A DNA stretch of 64,000 nt from assembly GCF_963921235.1 (NCBI RefSeq), contig NC_086108.1, positions 50,408,001-50,472,000 of the forward strand, in the 5' to 3' direction. The translations under genes and the position numbers were made by a program. The stretch's first letter is position 1. Every line of letters starts with the position of its first letter. The DNA is from Mobula hypostoma. Lineage: Eukaryota. The notes below the pieces were generated by a model. The model saw nothing but the letters and a program-made list of their open reading frames with translations, was not told the DNA's origin and did not search any database. Of the stretch, positions 1-13,343 are shown one piece after another.

Positions 1-88
1 TCATTCCCTCTCGGTCAAATACTTTGGTGTCAATCTTAGGAAAAGCCAACTTGTTCATTTTTGCCCATTTTTCTGCCAGCAGTAGCTC
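1..88 (-). CDS. PLA2G4A: cPLA2-alpha exon, partial (ELLLAEKWAKMNKLAFPKIDTKVFDREGM...), continues beyond the window
   Basis: Manual translation. Acceptor taacag at 89-90. Phase 0 matches the previous exon. Confidence 0.96.
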
Positions 89-329
89 CTGTTAAATTGA
101 ATAGAACTAAGTTAAGATACATTACACAATTTTTCAGAAGTAATGCAATAGTAAATGTATTTACTAAACTGTAATTTTATAGCTACTGCCCAAAAAATAC
201 TTTAATTTCATAAAGTACAGCAATGTTCTGCACTTTCCTTAAGATAGCTGCCAATCATTCAGTCCTCACTGCTTATTCCTTCACAAACTTGCAGACTGCT
301 ACAATATTATAAAAATTCTTTTTCAGGAT

Positions 330-1150
330 TTGTGCCATCGTTCGTAGCCTTTTCCCAAACCCTTTGAAAAGCCACCTTCTTGAACTGTTGTAGGCTTTCT
401 GCCATTGACTGGCCAGTACCAAGTTTTAGAATTGGTGCCAATGTAGGACCCAGCAGCACATTGCTAAGGGTACTGTGCAACTTGGAGGAATCTGCTGGTG
501 ATGCAGTTCCTATACACCCATTGTCATTGGTGGTAAATAGAGCTCACCAGTTTGGGAAAAGTGCAGTGCCTCTCACATACAGCAGCCATTTTGTGCCGGT
601 GGTGTTGGGAATGACAATTAGCATGGTGGATGAGGAGCTAATCAAGCATCTTGGTTTGTGTGGATAATATTAAGCTTATTGTTGTTGCACTAATTCAGGT
701 CAGTGATTTTTACCTGACAAAAGGTGGAAAGACTTTGGACTGTCAGGTGGTGAAGCTCATATCACAGGGTACCCAGTCTCTTGTACCCACTGTATTGTAT
801 TTGTGTAATTGGTCAAGTTGAGTTACTCATCACTGGTGACTAATCAAGTACACTTGAAGAATTGTCATTTTTTTTTATTGTTGGTAAGGATCTCGGCAAA
901 GTTAATACTATTGGATACCAAAGTGTCAGAATATCTCGTTAGAGATGGCCTTAGCCAGGCACTATTGTGATGTGAACTTTGCCCACCATTCATCATCAGT
1001 ATTGCCCGTGTATTTCTGCATGAGGCAGAGACTGCTTTATTTGCTAGGGAGCTATGAATGGATGTTGTGCAATCAGCAAACACACACCTTTGATCATCTG
1101 ATGAAAGGAAGGTCATGGAGGGTGTAGCCAAGGACAGTTGGATCTAGGAC
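330..1150 (-). mobile_element. Old, highly decayed CR1-like LINE RT fragment (left half; resumes at ~11190-11650)
   Basis: The minus strand shows decayed remnants of an RT LGP..F...INDLPS...FADD-like segment near 1070-1150. The adjoining upstream RT segment is recognisable at 11190-11600. Confidence 0.55.
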
Positions 1151-1194
1151 TTTGTCACTCCCTTGACAAAGGGAGTGAGTCCCTTTGTCATGAG

Positions 1195-4100
1195 GGACCT
1201 TGAATTAATGAGCGGGACAGCAGCATCATTACAAAACGGGAGCCATTTGAAAAGAACAAGTCTAATCGGAAGTGATTTCTTTGAGCCAATAAAAAGAAGA
1301 GGTGTAAGTGGAGCAGCCATTGATGGAGTGGGCCAGTGTTAAGAGTGGTCAGGCTTGGGCAAGCACAGGTGGAAGTTCTAAATAAGTTTCTAGTAGGTTT
1401 TTTTTCTCTTTCTTTGTCTTTTAGTACATAGCTAATGCGCGAATGGGCCCAGAGTTAATGGTGTGTTCTTGGTGTGAGATGTGGGAACTTTGGGAGGCCT
1501 CCAGTCTCCCTGCTAATTATATTTGCATCAGGTTTATCAAACTGCAAATCTTTAGAGACCGTGTTAAGTAACTGGAGCTGCAGCTTGAGGACCTTCAGCT
1601 TATATAGGACAATGAGAAAGTGATGGATAGAAGCTACAGGGAGGTAGTCACCCCTAAGTTGCTGGTGACAGGCACATTTGTGGCTCTCAGTAGAAGGAAA
1701 GGGAACAGGTAGCCAATGCAAAGTACCCCTGTGGCTGTTCCACTCAATAATAAGTAGACCACTTAGGACACTGTTCGGAAGGGAGGGGGATGGGGGTTGA
1801 CCTATCGAGGGGAAGCTGCAGTGCTCAGTCTCTGGCACTAAGTCTGGCTCTGTGGCTCAGAAGGAAAGGGAGAAAAAGAGGAGTGCATTAGCAATAGACA
1901 ATTCCATAGTTAGAGGAGCAGACAAGAGATTTTGTGGACGTGAACGAGACATCTAGATGGTATGTTGCCTCCCAGGTACTAAGATCAGGCACGTCTTGGA
2001 TCAGGTCCACGGTCATTTGAAAGGTGGAAGGTAAGCAGCCAGAAGTCATGGTACATATTGGTATCAACAACACAAGTAGGAAAAGGGAGAAAGTCCAGAA
2101 AAGAAAGTATAAAACTAGGTAGAAAGCTGAAAAGCAGGACCTCCAGGGTGGTAATCTCTGGACCCTGGATTTGCCAGGTGTCAGTGAGGATAAGAATACA
2201 ATGATTTGGCAGATGAATGAATGGCGGAGAAATTGGTGCAGGGAGTAGGGTTTCAGATTTCTGGATCACTGGGATCTCTTCAGGGGAAGGTATTTCCTGT
2301 ATAAAAAGGATGGGTTACACCTGAACTAGAAGGGGGACCAATATAACCATATAACTATTACAGCACGGAAACAGGCCATCTCGGCCCTTCTAGTCTGTGC
2401 CAAACGCTTACTCTCACCTAGTCCCACCGACCTGCACTCAGCCCATAACCCTCCATTCCTTTCCTGTCCATATACCTATCCAATTTTTCTTTAAATGACA
2501 ATATCGAACCTGTCTCTACCACTTCTACCGGAAGCTTGTTCCACACAGCCACCACTCTCTGAGTAAAGAAGTTTCCCCTTGTGTTACCCCTAAACTTTTT
2601 CCCCTGAACTCTCAACTAAATGTCCTCTTGTTTGAATCTCCCCTACTCTCAATGGAAAAAGCCTATCCAAGTCAACTCTATCTATCCCCCTCATAATTTT
2701 AAATACCTCTATCAAGTCCCCCCTCAACCTTCTACATTCCAAAGAATAAAGAACCAACTTGTTCAACCTTTCTCTGTAACTCAGGTGCTGAAACCCAGGT
2801 AACATTCTAGTAAATCTTCTCTGTACTCTCTCTATTTTGTTGACATCTTTCCTATAATTCAGTGACCAGCAATATCCTTGCTGGCAGGTTTGCCAGAGCT
2901 GTTGGGGAGGGTTTAAACTAATTTGGCAGGGGGATGGGAACCGGAGTGATCGGGCTGAGGATACAACAATTGGTATACAAGTAGATGCAGTGTGTAGTAG
3001 TCAGGTGATAAGGAAGGACTGGCAGATGATAGGGCAAAACAGCAGTCAGTGGGATGAGTTAAAGTGTACCATGGGGGCTAAATTGAAATAGGTGATGAAT
3101 ACAGGACTGAAGGTGTTATATTTGAATGCACGTTTTATGCAAAATAAGGTTGATGATCTTGTAGGCGCAGTTAAGAGACTGACAGGTATGGCATTCTGAG
3201 CATCGTTGAGCTGTGACTGAAAGTTGGGAGTTTTAGATCCAATGATACACATTATATTGAATGTACAGGCATGGAGGTAGAGGTGGTGGGATGACTCTGT
3301 TGGTAAAAAATGAAATCAAATCCCTGGAAAGCGGTGACATAGGATCAAAAGATGTTAAGAAACTTCAAGGGTAAAATAACCCTAATGGGATTTATAAAAA
3401 TTTGTATATACTGAACAGTAGCCAGGATGTGGGATACGAATTACAATAGGAGACAGAAAAAGCATGTAGAAGGGCAATTAAATGATAGCCGTGGGGGATT
3501 TCCACATGTAGGTAGATTGGGAAAAACAGTTTGGTGTTAGATCCCAAGTGAGAGAATTTGTAGAAAGGTTACGAGATGGCTTTTTACAGCGGCCTGTGAT
3601 TGAGCCCACTAGGGGAAAGGCAATTCTGGATTGGGTTGTGTGTAGTGAACCAGATTTGATCAGGAGCTTAAGGTAAAGGAACCCTTAGGAGACCATGAAC
3701 ATAATATGGTTGAGTTCACTCTGCAGTTTGAGAGAAGATAAAGTCAGATGTATTAGTATTACAGTGGAGTAAAGGAAATCACAGAGGAGTTGGCCAAGGT
3801 TGATTTGAAGGGGGCTGTAGCAGGGATGATGGCAGAACAACAAGGGCTGGAATTTCTGGGAGCAATTCAAAAGGGGCAGGATAGATACATTGCAAAGAAA
3901 AAGTATTCAAAAGGGAGGATGAGGTAACTGCAAATGACAAGGGAAGTCAAAGACAGTACAAAAGCAAAAGTGAGGGATTGAGAAGCTTTTAAAAAGCAAC
4001 ATAAGGCAAGTACAAAAAAGCCATAAGGACAGAAAAGATAAAATATGAAGGTAAGGTAGACAATAAAATAAGATACCAAAAGATTTTTCAGATATATAAA

Positions 4101-5292
4101 GAGTAAAGGGGAGGTAAAAGTAGACATCAGACTGCTTTAAAATTACACTGGAGAGGTGGTAATGGGGGACAAAGAAATGGCAGGCGAAATTAATAAGTAC
4201 TTTGCACACATCCTCACAATGGAAGACCCTAGCAGTATGCCAGCAATCCAAGAGTGTCAGGGGGCAGAAATGAGTGCAATTGGTATTATTAAGGTGAATG
4301 AGCTTGAGAAATTGAAAGGTCTGAAAGTTGATGTCCCCTGGAACAGATGGACTACACTCCAGGGTTCTGAAACAGGTAAACAATAGATGGTGGAGGCATT
4401 AGTAATGATCTTTCAAGAATCTTAAGATTCTGGAATGGTTCTGGAGGGCTGGAAAATTGCAGGTGGAACTCCATTCTTTAAGAAGGGAGAAAGGCAGAAG
4501 AAAGGAAATTATAGGCCATATAGCCTGACTTCAGTGATTGGGAAGATGCTGGAGTCCATTACTAAGGATGAGGTTTCGGGGTACTTGAAGGCATGTAATA
4601 AAATAGGCCAAATTCAGCATGATATCTTTAAGTGGAAAAAATCTTTTGGAATTCTCTGAGGAAATATCAGGCAGGACAGACAAAGGAGAGTCAATGGATA
4701 TCGTTTACTTGGATTTTCAGAAGGACTTTGACAAGGTGCTGCACATGAGGCTGCTTGGACAGAAGACTGGACTGCTAGGAGGCAAAGAATGGGATTACTT
4801 AGGCCTTTTCCTGATTGGCTGCTGCTGACTAGTCATGTTCTGCAGGGATCAGTGTTGGATCTGCTTCTTTCTTTGTTACATGTTAATGATTTGAATGACG
4901 GAATTGATGGCTTTGTTGCCAAGTTTGTGAACGATACAAAGATAAGTGGAGGGGCAGATAGTGTTGAGGAAACAGGAAATCTGCAGAAGGACAGACAGAT
5001 TGGGAGAATGGGCAAAGTGACGGATGGAATATAGTGTAGGGAAATGCAAGGTTATGCACTTTGTTGGAAGGAATAAAGACATCGAATATTTTCTAAATGG
5101 GAAGAAAATTCAAAACTCAGAGATGCAAAGGGACTTAGGAATCCTTGTGCAGGATTCTCTGAAGTTTAACTTGCAAGTTGAGTCAGTGCTAAGGAAGGCA
5201 AATGCAATGTTAGCGTTAATTTCAGGAGGACTAGAATATAAGATCAGGAATGTAATGCTGAAGCGTTACAAGGCGTTGGTCAGACCTCACTT
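1195..5292 (+). mobile_element. Near full-length decayed CR1 LINE (ORF1 esterase remnant, APE, RT); 3' part resumes at 10639-11187
   Basis: Fragments VHIGIN.., FRFLDHWDLF (ORF1-like), NYRPYSLTSVIGK, DIVYLDFQKDFDKV, QGSVL, KFVNDTK, ending at YKALVRPHL (5290). Confidence 0.9.
2345..2869 (-). mobile_element. 5'-truncated CR1 3' fragment nested in the CR1 ORF1 region
   Basis: Peptides LYSLECRRLRGDLIEVFKI and NFFTQRVVAVWNKLP. Flanked by the duplication CAATAT (2339-2344 and 2870-2875). Confidence 0.88.
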
Positions 5293-6187
5293 AAAAGTTC
5301 AAAGTTCAAAATAAATTTATTGTCAAATTACATATATGTAGACAACCTTGAGATTCATTTTCTTGCAGGCATACTCAATAAATCTATAATAACCATAACA
5401 GAATCAATGAAAAACTGCACCAACTTGGCTGTTAAACCAGTGTGCAAAAGACAACAAACTGTTCAAATATATAAAGACAGAAAACTAAAACTACAGCTAT
5501 GAGGATCCCTGTACCACCTGGTGAATCTGTGATCTCTGTCTCAGAGGTCAAAGTCAGGCTGTCTTTGAGGGTGAATCCTTGCAAGATAGCAGGGCCTGAT
5601 GGAGTACCTGGCAAGACTCTGAAAACTTGTGCCAACCAACTGGTGGGAGTGATCAAAAACAGTTCAATCTCTCACTGCTACAGTGGGAAATTCCCATATG
5701 CTTCAAAAGGGCAACAACTATACCATTGCCCAAAAAGAATAGTGGAAGTCACCATAATGACTATCGTCCAGTAGCACTCACATCTTTGGTGATGAAGTGC
5801 TTTGATAGGTTGGTCTTGGCTAGAATCCACTCCTGCCTCAGCAAGGACCTGGACCCATTGCAATTTGCCTGTCATCACAATAGGTCTACGGTGGACATGA
5901 TCTCATTAGCTCTCCATGTGGCTTTGGATCACCCGGACAATACAAATACCTATGCCAGGATGCTGTTTATTGACTGTAGCTCAGCGTTTAAAACCATCAT
6001 TCTTACAGTCCTGATCGAAAAGCTACAGAACCTGGGCCTCTGTATCTCCCTCTGCAACTGGATGCTCAACTTCCTAACTGGAAGACCACAATCTGTGTGG
6101 ATTGGTAATAACATTGCCACCTCGCAGACAATCAACACTGGCGCACCACAGGAATGTGTGCTTAGCCCACTGCCCTACTCTCTACAC

Positions 6188-7345
6188 TAGCGGTCCCCAA
6201 CCACCGGGCCGCGGACCGGTACCAGGCCACAAAGCATGTGATACTGGGCCGTGAGGAAACGATATGATTTGGCGATATGAGTGAGCTACGCCTTTCCTTT
6301 TCCCTGTCACGTACTGTTGAACTTGAATGCACGTGTCATCCATGTCAGCACGGGAAGAAGATCAAGTCCTCGAGCTTGCAACTGATGGCGGGCTGAAAAG
6401 TATGTTTGACATAACATCTCTGCTGGCATTCCGGATCAAAGTCAAGGCTAAGTATCCTGAGATAGCCACGAAAGCACTGAAAATGTTGCTTCTATTTCCA
6501 ACGTATCTTCGAAGTCGGCTTTTCTGCAATGAATGCAACGAAAACTAAATTGCGGAATAGACTGGACATAAGGAACTCCCTTCGAGTATCGCTGTCTCCT
6601 ATCACCCCTCGATAGGACTGTCTTGTTGCAGGGAAACAGGCCCAGGGCTCCCACTGATTCAGCGATATTGGTGTGTTGTAATGATTTTATATGTTCATAT
6701 GAGGAAAGTATGTGCTGTGTATTTAATATCCAAACGTTACTTAAAATGTTATGATGCTATTGGCTTATAAGTGACTTATAATTGACTTATCACTATATTC
6801 ATTAAGCTGTATGGGTCCTAATGCCCTTCCCTTGGACAACATTGGTGTCATGGAGAGGGGAGACTTGCAACATGGGCAACTGCTGGTCTTCCATACAACC
6901 TTGCCCAGGCCTGTGCCCTGGAGAGTGAGGACTTTCCAGGCGCAGATCCATGGTCTCGCAAGACTAACGGATGCCTTTACTTACTTTTACTATATTCATG
7001 CGATGTGTTACATAAAACCTAAGATAACACTAACATATAGTAAAAGCAGGAATGACTGGAAATAATGTATGTACAGTGTAGTTTCACTGAACAGAATCGC
7101 CAAAAACGATTTGTAGAAAAAATTGGCATGTACACGCATGCACATGTAGGGGCCTGCGCAAGGCTTCATGGTCATAGTAGTCTTTCTTGGGGTAAACACA
7201 ACTTATTTGACTGCTACTCTTCTCCGTTGGCAACCCTCCCCTCTGTCCCCCGCTCTGCCCCCCCCCCGCCCCCGGGTCGGCCGGTTTGCAAGAATATTGT
7301 CAATATTAAACCGGTCCGCAGTGCAAAAAAGGTTGGGGACCCCTG
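6188..7345 (+). mobile_element. Non-autonomous hAT (Charlie-type) transposon carrying a transposase C-terminal dimerization-domain remnant
   Basis: 8-bp TSD CTCTACAC (6180-6187 and 7346-7353). TIRs tagcggtccccaacc / ggttggggacccctg. Peptides KYPEIATKALKMLLLFPTYL and TKLRNRLD. Confidence 0.92.
6803..6988 (+). mobile_element. 5'-truncated copy of the tRNA-SINE at 13344, nested in the hAT element
   Basis: Near-identical to ~13485-13649. TSD ACTATATTCAT (6792-6802 and 6989-6999). Confidence 0.88.
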
Positions 7346-9239
7346 CTCTACACCCATGACTGTATGGTTAGGTACAGCTTAAATACTGTCTATAAATTTG
7401 TTGATGATAGAACCATTGTCAGCAAAATGTCAGATGGTGTTGAGAGGGTGTACAGGAGCCAGATATACCAGCCTGTTGAGTGGTGTCACAGCAACAACCT
7501 AGAACTCAATGTCAGTAAGACCAAAGAGCTGATTGTAGACTTCAGAAAGGGCAAGACGAGGGAACACGAACCAATCCTTATAGAGGGATCAGAAGTGGAG
7601 AGAGTGAGCAGCTTCAAGTTCCTGGGTGTCAAGATCTCTGAGGATCTGACCTGGTCCCAACATATCGATACAGTTATAAAGAAGGCAAGACAGTGGCTAT
7701 ACTTCATTAGCAGTCTGGAGTGATTTGGTTTGTCAACTGAAACACTCAAACTTCTATAGATGTACTGTGGAGAGCATTCTGATAGGCTACATCACTGTCT
7801 CATATGGCGGGGGCAGTAGTGAGGGCTATTGCATGGGATCGAAGCTGCAGAGAGTTGTAAAATTAGTCAGCACCATCATGGGCACTAGCCTCCACAGTAT
7901 CCAAGACATCTTCAAGGAGCAGTGCCTCAAAAAAAATGGTTTCCAGCACCCAGGGCATGTCCTCTTCTCACTGTTACCATCAGGAAGGAGGTACAGAAGC
8001 CTGGAGGCACACACTCAGCAGTTCAGGAACAGCTTCTTTCTCTCTGCCATCCGATTGCTGAGTGGACATTAAAACCATGAACACTACCTCACTTCTTTGT
8101 ATTTCGGTTCTCGCACTACTTATTTAAATTAGCTATCTGATACACATATATACTTACTGTATTTCAATTTTTTCCTAGATTATGTATTGCATTGTACAGC
8201 TGCAGCAAATTTAACAAATTTCACGACATATGCTGGTGATATCAAATCTGATTCTGACATAATAATAAATAAATAAACAATAAATAGAGAACATGAGATG
8301 AAGAGTCCTTGAAAGTGGGTCCAAAGGTTGTGAGAAAATTTTAATGATGGGGCAAATGAAACTGAGTGACGTTTTCCCTTTTGGTTCCACAGCCTGATGG
8401 CTGAGGGATAATAAATATATTTTCCTAAACTTGGCGGTGTGGGCCCTGAGGCTCCTGTACCTTCCTCCTGATGGCAGCAGTGAGAAGAGAGCATGATTTG
8501 GGTGGTGGGGGTCCCTGATGATGGGTTTAGATGTCACGCTGAATCTTCATAAATTCCTTAGAGGCGTTGCCGTGCTTTTTTCACAATTGCACTTGCATGC
8601 TGGGCCCAGGACAGGTCCTCCAAAATAATAACAGAGGAATTTAAAATTGCTGACACTCTCCACCTCTGATCTTCCAAGGAGGACCTCTGGTTTCCTCCTC
8701 CTTAAGTCAATAATCAGCTCCTTGGTCTTGACTACATTGAGTAAGAGGTTGTTGTTCTGGCACCACTCAGCCAGATTTTCAATCTTCCTCCTCTATGCTG
8801 CTTCGTCACCACCTTTGATGCGGCCAATGACAGTGGTGTCATCAGCGAACTTGAACATTACATTGGAGCTGTGCTTAGCCTCACAGTCATAAGTGTAAAC
8901 TGAGTAGAGCAGGGGACTAAGCACACAGCCTTGTGGTACATCTATGTTGATGGAGATCATGGAGGAGATATTGTTGCCAATCTGAACTGACTGGGGTCTG
9001 CAAGTGAGGAAACTGTGGATCCAATTGCACAGAGGTATTGAATGTTGAGTTGTAGTCGATAAAAAGCATCCTGATGTATGCATCTTTGCTGTCCAGATGT
9101 TTCAGGGTTGAGTGAAGAGCCAGTGAGATGGCATCTGTTGTGGACTTGTTGCTCCAAATTGGAGCAGATCCAAATAGCTTCTCTTGCAGGAGTTGATCCA
9201 TTTCATCATCAACCTCTCAAAACACTTCATCACAATGGA

Positions 9240-10081
9240 ACACACACAAAATGCTGGAGATATTCAGCAGGCCAGGCAGCATCTATGGAAAAAAGTACAG
9301 TCGACATTTCGGGCCCAACCCCTTCGGCAGGACTGGAGAAAAAAAGCTGAGGAGTAGATTTAAAAGGTGTGGGGAGGGGAGAGAGAATCACCAGGTGATA
9401 GGTGAAATCTGGAGGGGGGAAAGATGAAGTTAAAAGCTGGGAAGTTAATTGGTGAAAGAAACAGAAAGTCATGAAAGAAATAAAAAGGGGGAGGTGCACC
9501 AGAGGGATGTGATGGGTGGGCAAGGAGATAAGGTGAGAGAGGGAAAAGGGGATGGAAAATGGTGGGGGTGGGGTGGTTGGGGGCATTACTGTAAGTTTAA
9601 GAAATCAATGTTCATGGCTACCCAAACGGAATACAAGGTGTTGTTCCTCCAGCCTAAGTGTGGCCTCATCACGACAGTGGAGGAGGCCACGGACGGACAA
9701 ATCTGAATGGGAAGTGGAATTAAAATGGGTGGCCACTGAGAGATCCCGCTCATTCTGGCAGACAGAGCACAGATGCTCAGCGAAGCAATCTCCCAATCTA
9801 AGTTGGGTCTCACCGATACATAAGAGGCCACACCGAGAGCACTGAATACAGTAAGTGACCCCAACAGACTCACAGGTGAAGTATCGCCTCACCTGGAAGG
9901 AAGTGAAGTTTCGCCTGACAAACATTCGGGGCCCTAAAAAGACCTTCCAGTCCTGCCAAAGGGTTTCAGCCAAAACAGTGACTGTACTCTTTTCCATAGA
10001 TGCTGCCTGGCCTGCTGAGTTCCTCCAACATTTTGTGTGTGTTGCTCGGACTTCCAGCATCTGCAAATTTTCTCTTGTTTG
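9240..10081. mobile_element. Penelope-like element 3' module (GIY-YIG remnant plus terminal repeat) with an inverted terminal copy
   Basis: Minus-strand FTCESVGVTYCIQCSRCGLLCIGET..RLGDCFAEH..VATHFNS. 9240-9335 is an inverted repeat of ~9948-10040. Imperfect TSD TCATCACAATGGA / TCATCAGAGTGGA. Confidence 0.85.
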
Positions 10082-10638
10082 TCATCAGAGTGGATGTAAG
10101 TGCTACTGATGATAGTCATCGAGGCAGATTACCACGAGGTTCTTGGGCTCTGATATAATTGAAGTTTGCTTGAAGCAAGTGGGTAGCTTAGACAGCCAAA
10201 GCGAGAGGCTAAAGATCTCAGTGAGCACTCCAGCCAGTTGATTAGCACAGGTTTATAGTATTTGGGCCAGATGCTTTCCTTAGGTTCACCCTCCTGAAGG
10301 CTGCTCACACATCTGCCTCAGATGAAATCACGGGATCATCGAGGCAGTGGGAGATCATGATGGTTCCTCTATGTTTCACAGTCAAAGCAAGCAAAGAAGG
10401 CATTGAGCTCATCTGGAAGCAAAGCCCTGTTGTCACCTACTGTATGTCGCCTGATTTAACTTTACAAAGTGACAGTACTCAAACCCAGCCATAACTACCT
10501 TTCTTCATTCAAGTTTAATCTGGAATTGTCACTTATCCCTTGAGGTGCCTTTCTGGACATCCCGTACCTGGACCTCTTGTAATATTCTTGGTCACCAAAC
10601 TTGAATGCCTCTGATCTGGCCTTCAGCAGATTGCAGAC

Positions 10639-11187
10639 CTTGGAGTATTGTGAGCAGTTTTGGGCTTCTTATGCAAGAATGGATGTGCTGGTATTGGGGA
10701 GGGTCCATGAGAGATTCACAAGAATGATCCAGGAATGAAAGGATTAATGTATGAGGCATGTTTGATGACTCTGGGCCTGTACTCACTTAAGTTTAGAAGA
10801 ATGAGAGGGGGAATCTCACTGAAACTTATTGTATGTTAAAAGACCTAGACAGAGTAGATGTTTCCTATAATGGATATTTCTTATAATGCTTCAGTACTAG
10901 AGGGAACAGGCTTAGAATAGAGGGATGTCCATTCAGAAAAGAGATAAAGAGGAATTTCTTTAGCCAGGCGGAGTGAATCTGTAGAATTCATTGCTACAGA
11001 CATCTGTCGAGGCCAATTTATTAAGCTTATTTAAATCAGAGGTTGACAGGTTCTTGATTAGTCAGGGCGTCAAAGGTTATGTGGAAAAGTCGGGATAATG
11101 GAGTTGAGAGGGATAATAAATCACGCATGATGTAATGGCAGAGCAGATTTGATGGGCTGAATGGCCTAATTCTGCTCATATGGTATA
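10639..11187 (+). mobile_element. 3' end of the CR1 starting at ~1195
   Basis: Resumes with LEYCEQFW directly after the VRPHL break, then ..RFTRMI.. and a CR1 3' hairpin/tail (gatgggctgaatggcctaattctgctc). Confidence 0.88.
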
Positions 11188-11709
11188 ATGAGGAGCTACT
11201 TCAAGTGACTTTGGGATAATTGACCTCAACCAGCCACAATCATCTTTCTGTGTGAAGCATGATCTCGGGTACTGAATGTTTTCCGTCTATGTCTATTGAC
11301 TTCAGTTTCACCAGGACACATCTGAACCATATCCAGCAAAATACTCTTGATGTCAAGGGTAGTTGCTTCACCTCTGGCATTCTGCACTTTGATACATGTT
11401 TTCACTGAGTTTGTGATAAGGTGCTTAGCTAAGTGGTTTCAGTAGAAGCCAAAGCTGGGAATCACTGAGTAGGTTACTGGTGAATAAGTGCTACTTGACA
11501 GTACTGTCAATAATGGCTTCCATCACACTGACCAGTGGCAGTTAATCAGATTGCCTTTGCTGCTTGATGCCAGTTCTGTAACTATAACAGCTATGAGGTA
11601 TTGCTTATTCTGGAGTGCATGTCTTCAGTTTTATAGCCAAAATGTTTGTCTGGTCCCTTGGCAGTGCTCTCTGATGTTTTTTTAACATATTATGTGAACT
11701 GAATTGCCT

Positions 11710-13250
11710 AGATTCACAGCAATACAGATGGATATAGGCTCTTTGACACAATGAGCCCAGGTGCCCATCTCACTAGTTGCAATTTCCTATATTTGGTGCA
11801 TATCCCTCCAGGCACTGCCCCTCCATGTACCTATCCAAGTGCTTCTTAAATGATGCTATTGTACTTGCCTTAACCACCACCTCTAGCAACTGGTTTCACA
11901 TACTCCCCATCCTTTGCATGCATACAGCACATTACAAGCCCCGAAGCCCACAATGTCGTGCCGACCATGTAACCTACTCTAGAAAGTGCCTAGAATTACC
12001 CTCCAGGCTCCATGTACCCATTTAAGAGTCTCTGAAAAGACCCAATTGTATCCACCTCCACCACCGTCACCGGCAGTGCATTCCACACACCCACCACTCT
12101 GTGTGGAAAAAATTAACCCTGACATCCCCTCTGTACCTACTTCCAAGCATCTTAAAACTATGCCCCCTCCTGTTAGCCATTTCAGTCCTGGGAAAAAGCC
12201 TCTGGCTATCCACATGATCAGTTACACCTCCTTTTCCTTTTTTTAAATCTTTCCCCTCTCATCCTAAAACTATGCCCTCTAGTTTTGGTCTCCCAACCTG
12301 GGGAAAGACTAGCTCTCGATCTTAAATATTTCTGTAAAGTTACCCTTATTCTCCTATGTTCCAAAGAATAAAAAACTAGCTCGGCCAACTCTCCTTATAA
12401 CCCTTGGTGACATCATATTGTTTCTGTCCTGGTTAAACTGGAAAGAGATCCTTCCTATAACAGGGTGACCTGAATTGCACATAGTTCTCCAATGCAGTCT
12501 CACCAACCATAACATGATTTCCTAACTCCTGTACTTAATGCCATAACTGATGAAAGCCATTTTCACCACCCTATTTGGAACACTGCATTCAATGAACTAT
12601 GCACTCGTACTCCCAAGTGTCCCTTTTCCATTACACTTCCTCATGCCCTAGCCTTCACATTATCAGTCCTGTGCTGGCTTGATTTTCCAAAATGCATCAC
12701 TCCACACTTATCAGTATTGAAATCCATTTGCCACTCCCGAACCCACTTCCCTCACTGATCTACGATAATCTTCACTATCAACAACACCTAAATCTGCTTC
12801 AACTGCAAATTTATGATCAGACCTTGTGCATTCATTTCCAAATTATTTATATAAAAAAATAACAAGGGTCCAAATATCCACTGGCCTACCAGCTACCTTT
12901 TGGTTGCTTCTTCAAATAAGACACTAAACAGGTTTGTTAAGGACAACTTCAAATGCATAAAGCCTTGCTGACTACTTCATGGATAGATTATGTCTATCCA
13001 CTTGTTCGTAGATCCTGTCCCTCAGTTCTCTCCAATTAGTACCGAAGTCAGGCTGGCTGGCCTTGCTACTTTTAATACAGAATAAAATTAGCTGCTTTCC
13101 CATCTCTAATGATGAAGCAAATATCTCTCCAAAGGCCTCTGCTGCTTCCTTTCTAGCATCACACTAAGTCCAAAGATGTACTCAATTAGGTCCTGAGGAA
13201 TTTATCCACCTTAATGCACCTCAGGGCTGAAAATAACTCCTTCCTGGTAC
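11710..13250 (-). mobile_element. Decayed CR1 fragments (younger 3' fragment ~11920-12220 nested in an older one)
   Basis: CR1 3'-end motifs (ctatccaagtgcttcttaaat...; ccaccactctgtgtggaaaa...) and eroded RT remnants. Confidence 0.65.
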
Positions 13251-13343
13251 TACCTCGTCTTATCTTGATTCTCTCCTCAGTAAACAATACCTCAATGTTA
13301 GCTGCCAGTTCAGTTCTGACTAATTTTCAAACATATGGTAACT

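Larger units (their letters stand above)
5495..8257 (+). mobile_element. Rex1/Babar-like LINE A, 5'-truncated, nested in LINE B
   Basis: Peptides NDYRPVALTSLVMKCF, MLFIDCSSAFKTI, KFVDD, SKTKELIVDFRK, LLPSGRRYRSL. Tail ...aatctgattctga. Confidence 0.88.
5293..10638 (-). mobile_element. Rex1/Babar-like LINE B (3' tail 5293-~5490; body ~8258-10638), interrupted by further insertions
   Basis: Minus-strand peptides [50 protein letters not shown]. The AT-rich 3' tail is split around LINE A. Confidence 0.8.

Noticed and set aside
6327..6656. ZBED/SCAND3-like domesticated gene exon
   Set aside because: It lies between hAT TIRs with an 8-bp TSD and is frameshifted, so it is a transposase remnant.
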